Source: Ginglymostoma cirratum (taxonomy: Eukaryota). Taken from it: DNA of 64,000 bases. Shown in pieces: positions 61,942 to 64,000 of this stretch. The stretch covers positions 1,408,515 through 1,472,514 of the forward strand of contig JAHRHZ010000250.1 of assembly GCA_024137785.1 (NCBI GenBank). The letters run 5' to 3'. Under the pieces are notes generated by a model. The model saw nothing but the letters and a program-made list of their open reading frames with translations, searched no databases and was not told the DNA's origin. Positions within the stretch are counted from its first letter, which is position 1; every line of letters starts with the position of its first letter. A program made the position numbers and the translations under genes.

Positions 61942-62354
61942 TATGCATATATATTTTCAGAATGTCCATCACTGCTTGTGATAAGTGTGCAATATGAAGG
62001 TCTGTCTCCAAGCTTCTTGCCATATCACCTTTCAATTATATAGCTTTCTCAACCTCGTTATCAGTTTCTTTCAGATTTTCTGTAGTCACTGGAGATTGAG
62101 GTGCACATTCTGCATCAAATGGGAACATATGTGATGGAAATCACGAGCAAGTGAGCTGAGATCAAGTTTATGGAACTCTGGGGCTACTTTGGAAATGATA
62201 GCAGGTGTTTAGATCTAAGTTAGAAATTATTACCGATCAACTGTGGAAATTTGCATCTCTGTACATTGGTACCTTTCTTATGCCAGAGAGGACAAAGCCA
62301 GGGCATAATTAAGATAACAGTGAATTTATGATAGCTTTGACCTAATTGGAAAAC

Positions 62355-62480
62355 TGAAAGAACTGTGGATGCTATAATCTAAAACAGGAACATAAATTGC
62401 TGGTAAAACTCAGCAAGTCTGGCAGCATCTGCGAAGAGAAATCAGAATTAATGTTTTGGGTCGAGTGACCCTTCCTCAGT
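62355..62480 (-). repeat. Penelope-like-derived single arm with decayed hammerhead core
   Basis: Minus strand CTGAGGA-aGGGTC-actc-GACCC-AAAA-cattaa, next to the aaactcagcaagtctggcagcatctg arm. Confidence 0.6.
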
Positions 62481-63169
62481 TGCATGACCCTTCTTCAATC
62501 ACCTAATTGGATTCTAGATGGACAAAGAGGAGTTATTTAGAGTTTCTGTATACAGTAGACAATATTGTGGGTCTCTTGTGACATAGTGATAGGATCCTTA
62601 CCTCCAGGCTAGAAGGCCTGGATTTAAGTCTCTGCTCCAGACGTGTGTCATAACATGCCTGAACATGTTGGCTAAAAATATTCACATTATTGTCTGTAGA
62701 CAAGGCAGGAGTATCTCTGGCTAGTCCGTGCAAATCAACTATTTATACATGGCTGGCACCCAAGGGACAGACTGACACAACTAGACAGCATGATGTAGAA
62801 CCAACACAAGCACTTGACCTTGCCATAAGAGGATTCCTTCTCAACATGATGTCACTAATGATCTTTAATGCCACATGCATAATATTGATTTGCATTGTAT
62901 GTTGATGTTACTATGTGGAGCAACTGCATTATTTCTCTCCCTTAACACTATAATAAGGCAGCTTGCACTCATCTCTCTAATTATAAAACCCTCGAAGGTA
63001 CTAAAGCAAGCACTAACATCCATAGAGTTTTGGCAGGAGAGGCAAATGAGGAGTAACCCCTTTGCTACCTCATTCCCCAGAAAACTTCCAAAACAGCAGG
63101 AGACTCCGGAAACTTGCAGCAAACAGTAACTAAAAAAATGCATGCTGAGCGTCTTGCACTGTTAAAAGG

Positions 63170-63570
63170 AATTCGAGTTTATATAATGTATTTTGCAACA
63201 TCGGAGAGTGCGTCACAGCTAAGTATGTACTTTTGAAATATATTCACTGTTGTAGTGTAGGAACATAGCAGTTAAATCATGCACAGCCAACTCTCACAAA
63301 CAGCATTAAGACAATCTATTTTTGAGATGATGATTAAGGAATAAATGCTGGCCAAGCAAAGGCACTCCTCTATTTTTAGGATCTTTTATGTTCACCTGAA
63401 AGGATAGGCAAGACTTCATTTTTAGACCTTTTCTGAAAAACAGCCATTCCAACAAAGCAGAACTCCATTAGAAACACATTTGAGTATCAGCCTATATTAT
63501 GTGCTTTTGTCTCTGGAGTGGAATGTCAGCACACAGCCTTCAAGGCTCAGAGGTGAGAGTGCTACCCAAA
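63170..63570 (-). mobile_element. Deu-domain SINE (SacSINE1-like), decayed
   Basis: cactgttgtagtgtaggaa...gcacagccaactctcacaaacagca...ggatcttttatgttcacctga...tcagcctatattatgtgct...ctcagaggtgagagtgctacc. Confidence 0.65.
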
Positions 63571-64000
63571 TATATTCATAATTACTGACCAACACAGGCA
63601 AGACCTGCTGGTTCGTGAATATATCAGCAATGCTTAAAAGTCAAGCCAACAATTAGGAAGCTTCCTGCCTGTCTACCAGCACATCTGCTGACCTAGATAG
63701 ATGGAAACATCCACTCACATCAAATTCTCAGGGGTGTGAGCACATTGAAGTTGAATGCTCTCCCTTGCTCATATGCCTATTCCTCACATTGTCAAGACTG
63801 CAGCTCTGCAGGTGCAGCTCTAAAAATAAAACCCTCACTTCAAATCAGCACAATCACATGGGAGCAAGTGTTGTTCAGTAATTGCTCTCTGCAAAGATTT
63901 CCCCCTCCCCCACCTGACTTTATCAGAACCTACCCATTTTAGATTTTTGTGCACTGATGTAATTAGCTCCTGATATGTGTAAATTATAAGAAGTGGCATG

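Overview
Vertebrate genomic DNA, most likely a shark or ray, judging from HE1-type V-SINEs, Deu-domain SINEs and CR1/L2 and Penelope-like repeats. The window holds the 3' end of the variable region of a clustered protocadherin (cPcdh) subcluster and the start of its constant region. Seven tandem ~2.4-kb variable exons lie on + (ATG at 1164, 8114, 14784, 18967, 22701, 26999, 32064). Each encodes a signal peptide, six cadherin repeats, a TM segment and a variable cytoplasmic domain, and each is preceded by a paralogous promoter module. V1-V6 end in a phase-0 AG|GTGAG donor. Two constant exons, one absent from the ORF track and one embedded in a longer ORF, were read manually: a 59-bp exon 1 (41765-41823, VKQPNADWRFSQTHRAELNS) and a 230-bp exon 2 (47790-48019) carrying a 12x tetrapeptide repeat. 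No terminal constant exon was found in the window. Points of interest: an out-of-frame upstream ATG 16-17 nt before the start codon of all seven isoforms; a fixed-spacing promoter module with inverted CCAAT boxes; a frameshift in the last variable exon with an alternative in-frame donor; a recursive-splice-like acceptor/donor at constant exon 1; and Penelope-like elements and hairpin derivatives carrying hammerhead ribozyme cores. The rest is intronic DNA rich in decayed repeats, with a 400-N gap at 54043-54442. Repeat boundaries are approximate. Family names come from recalled similarity, not from database searches.
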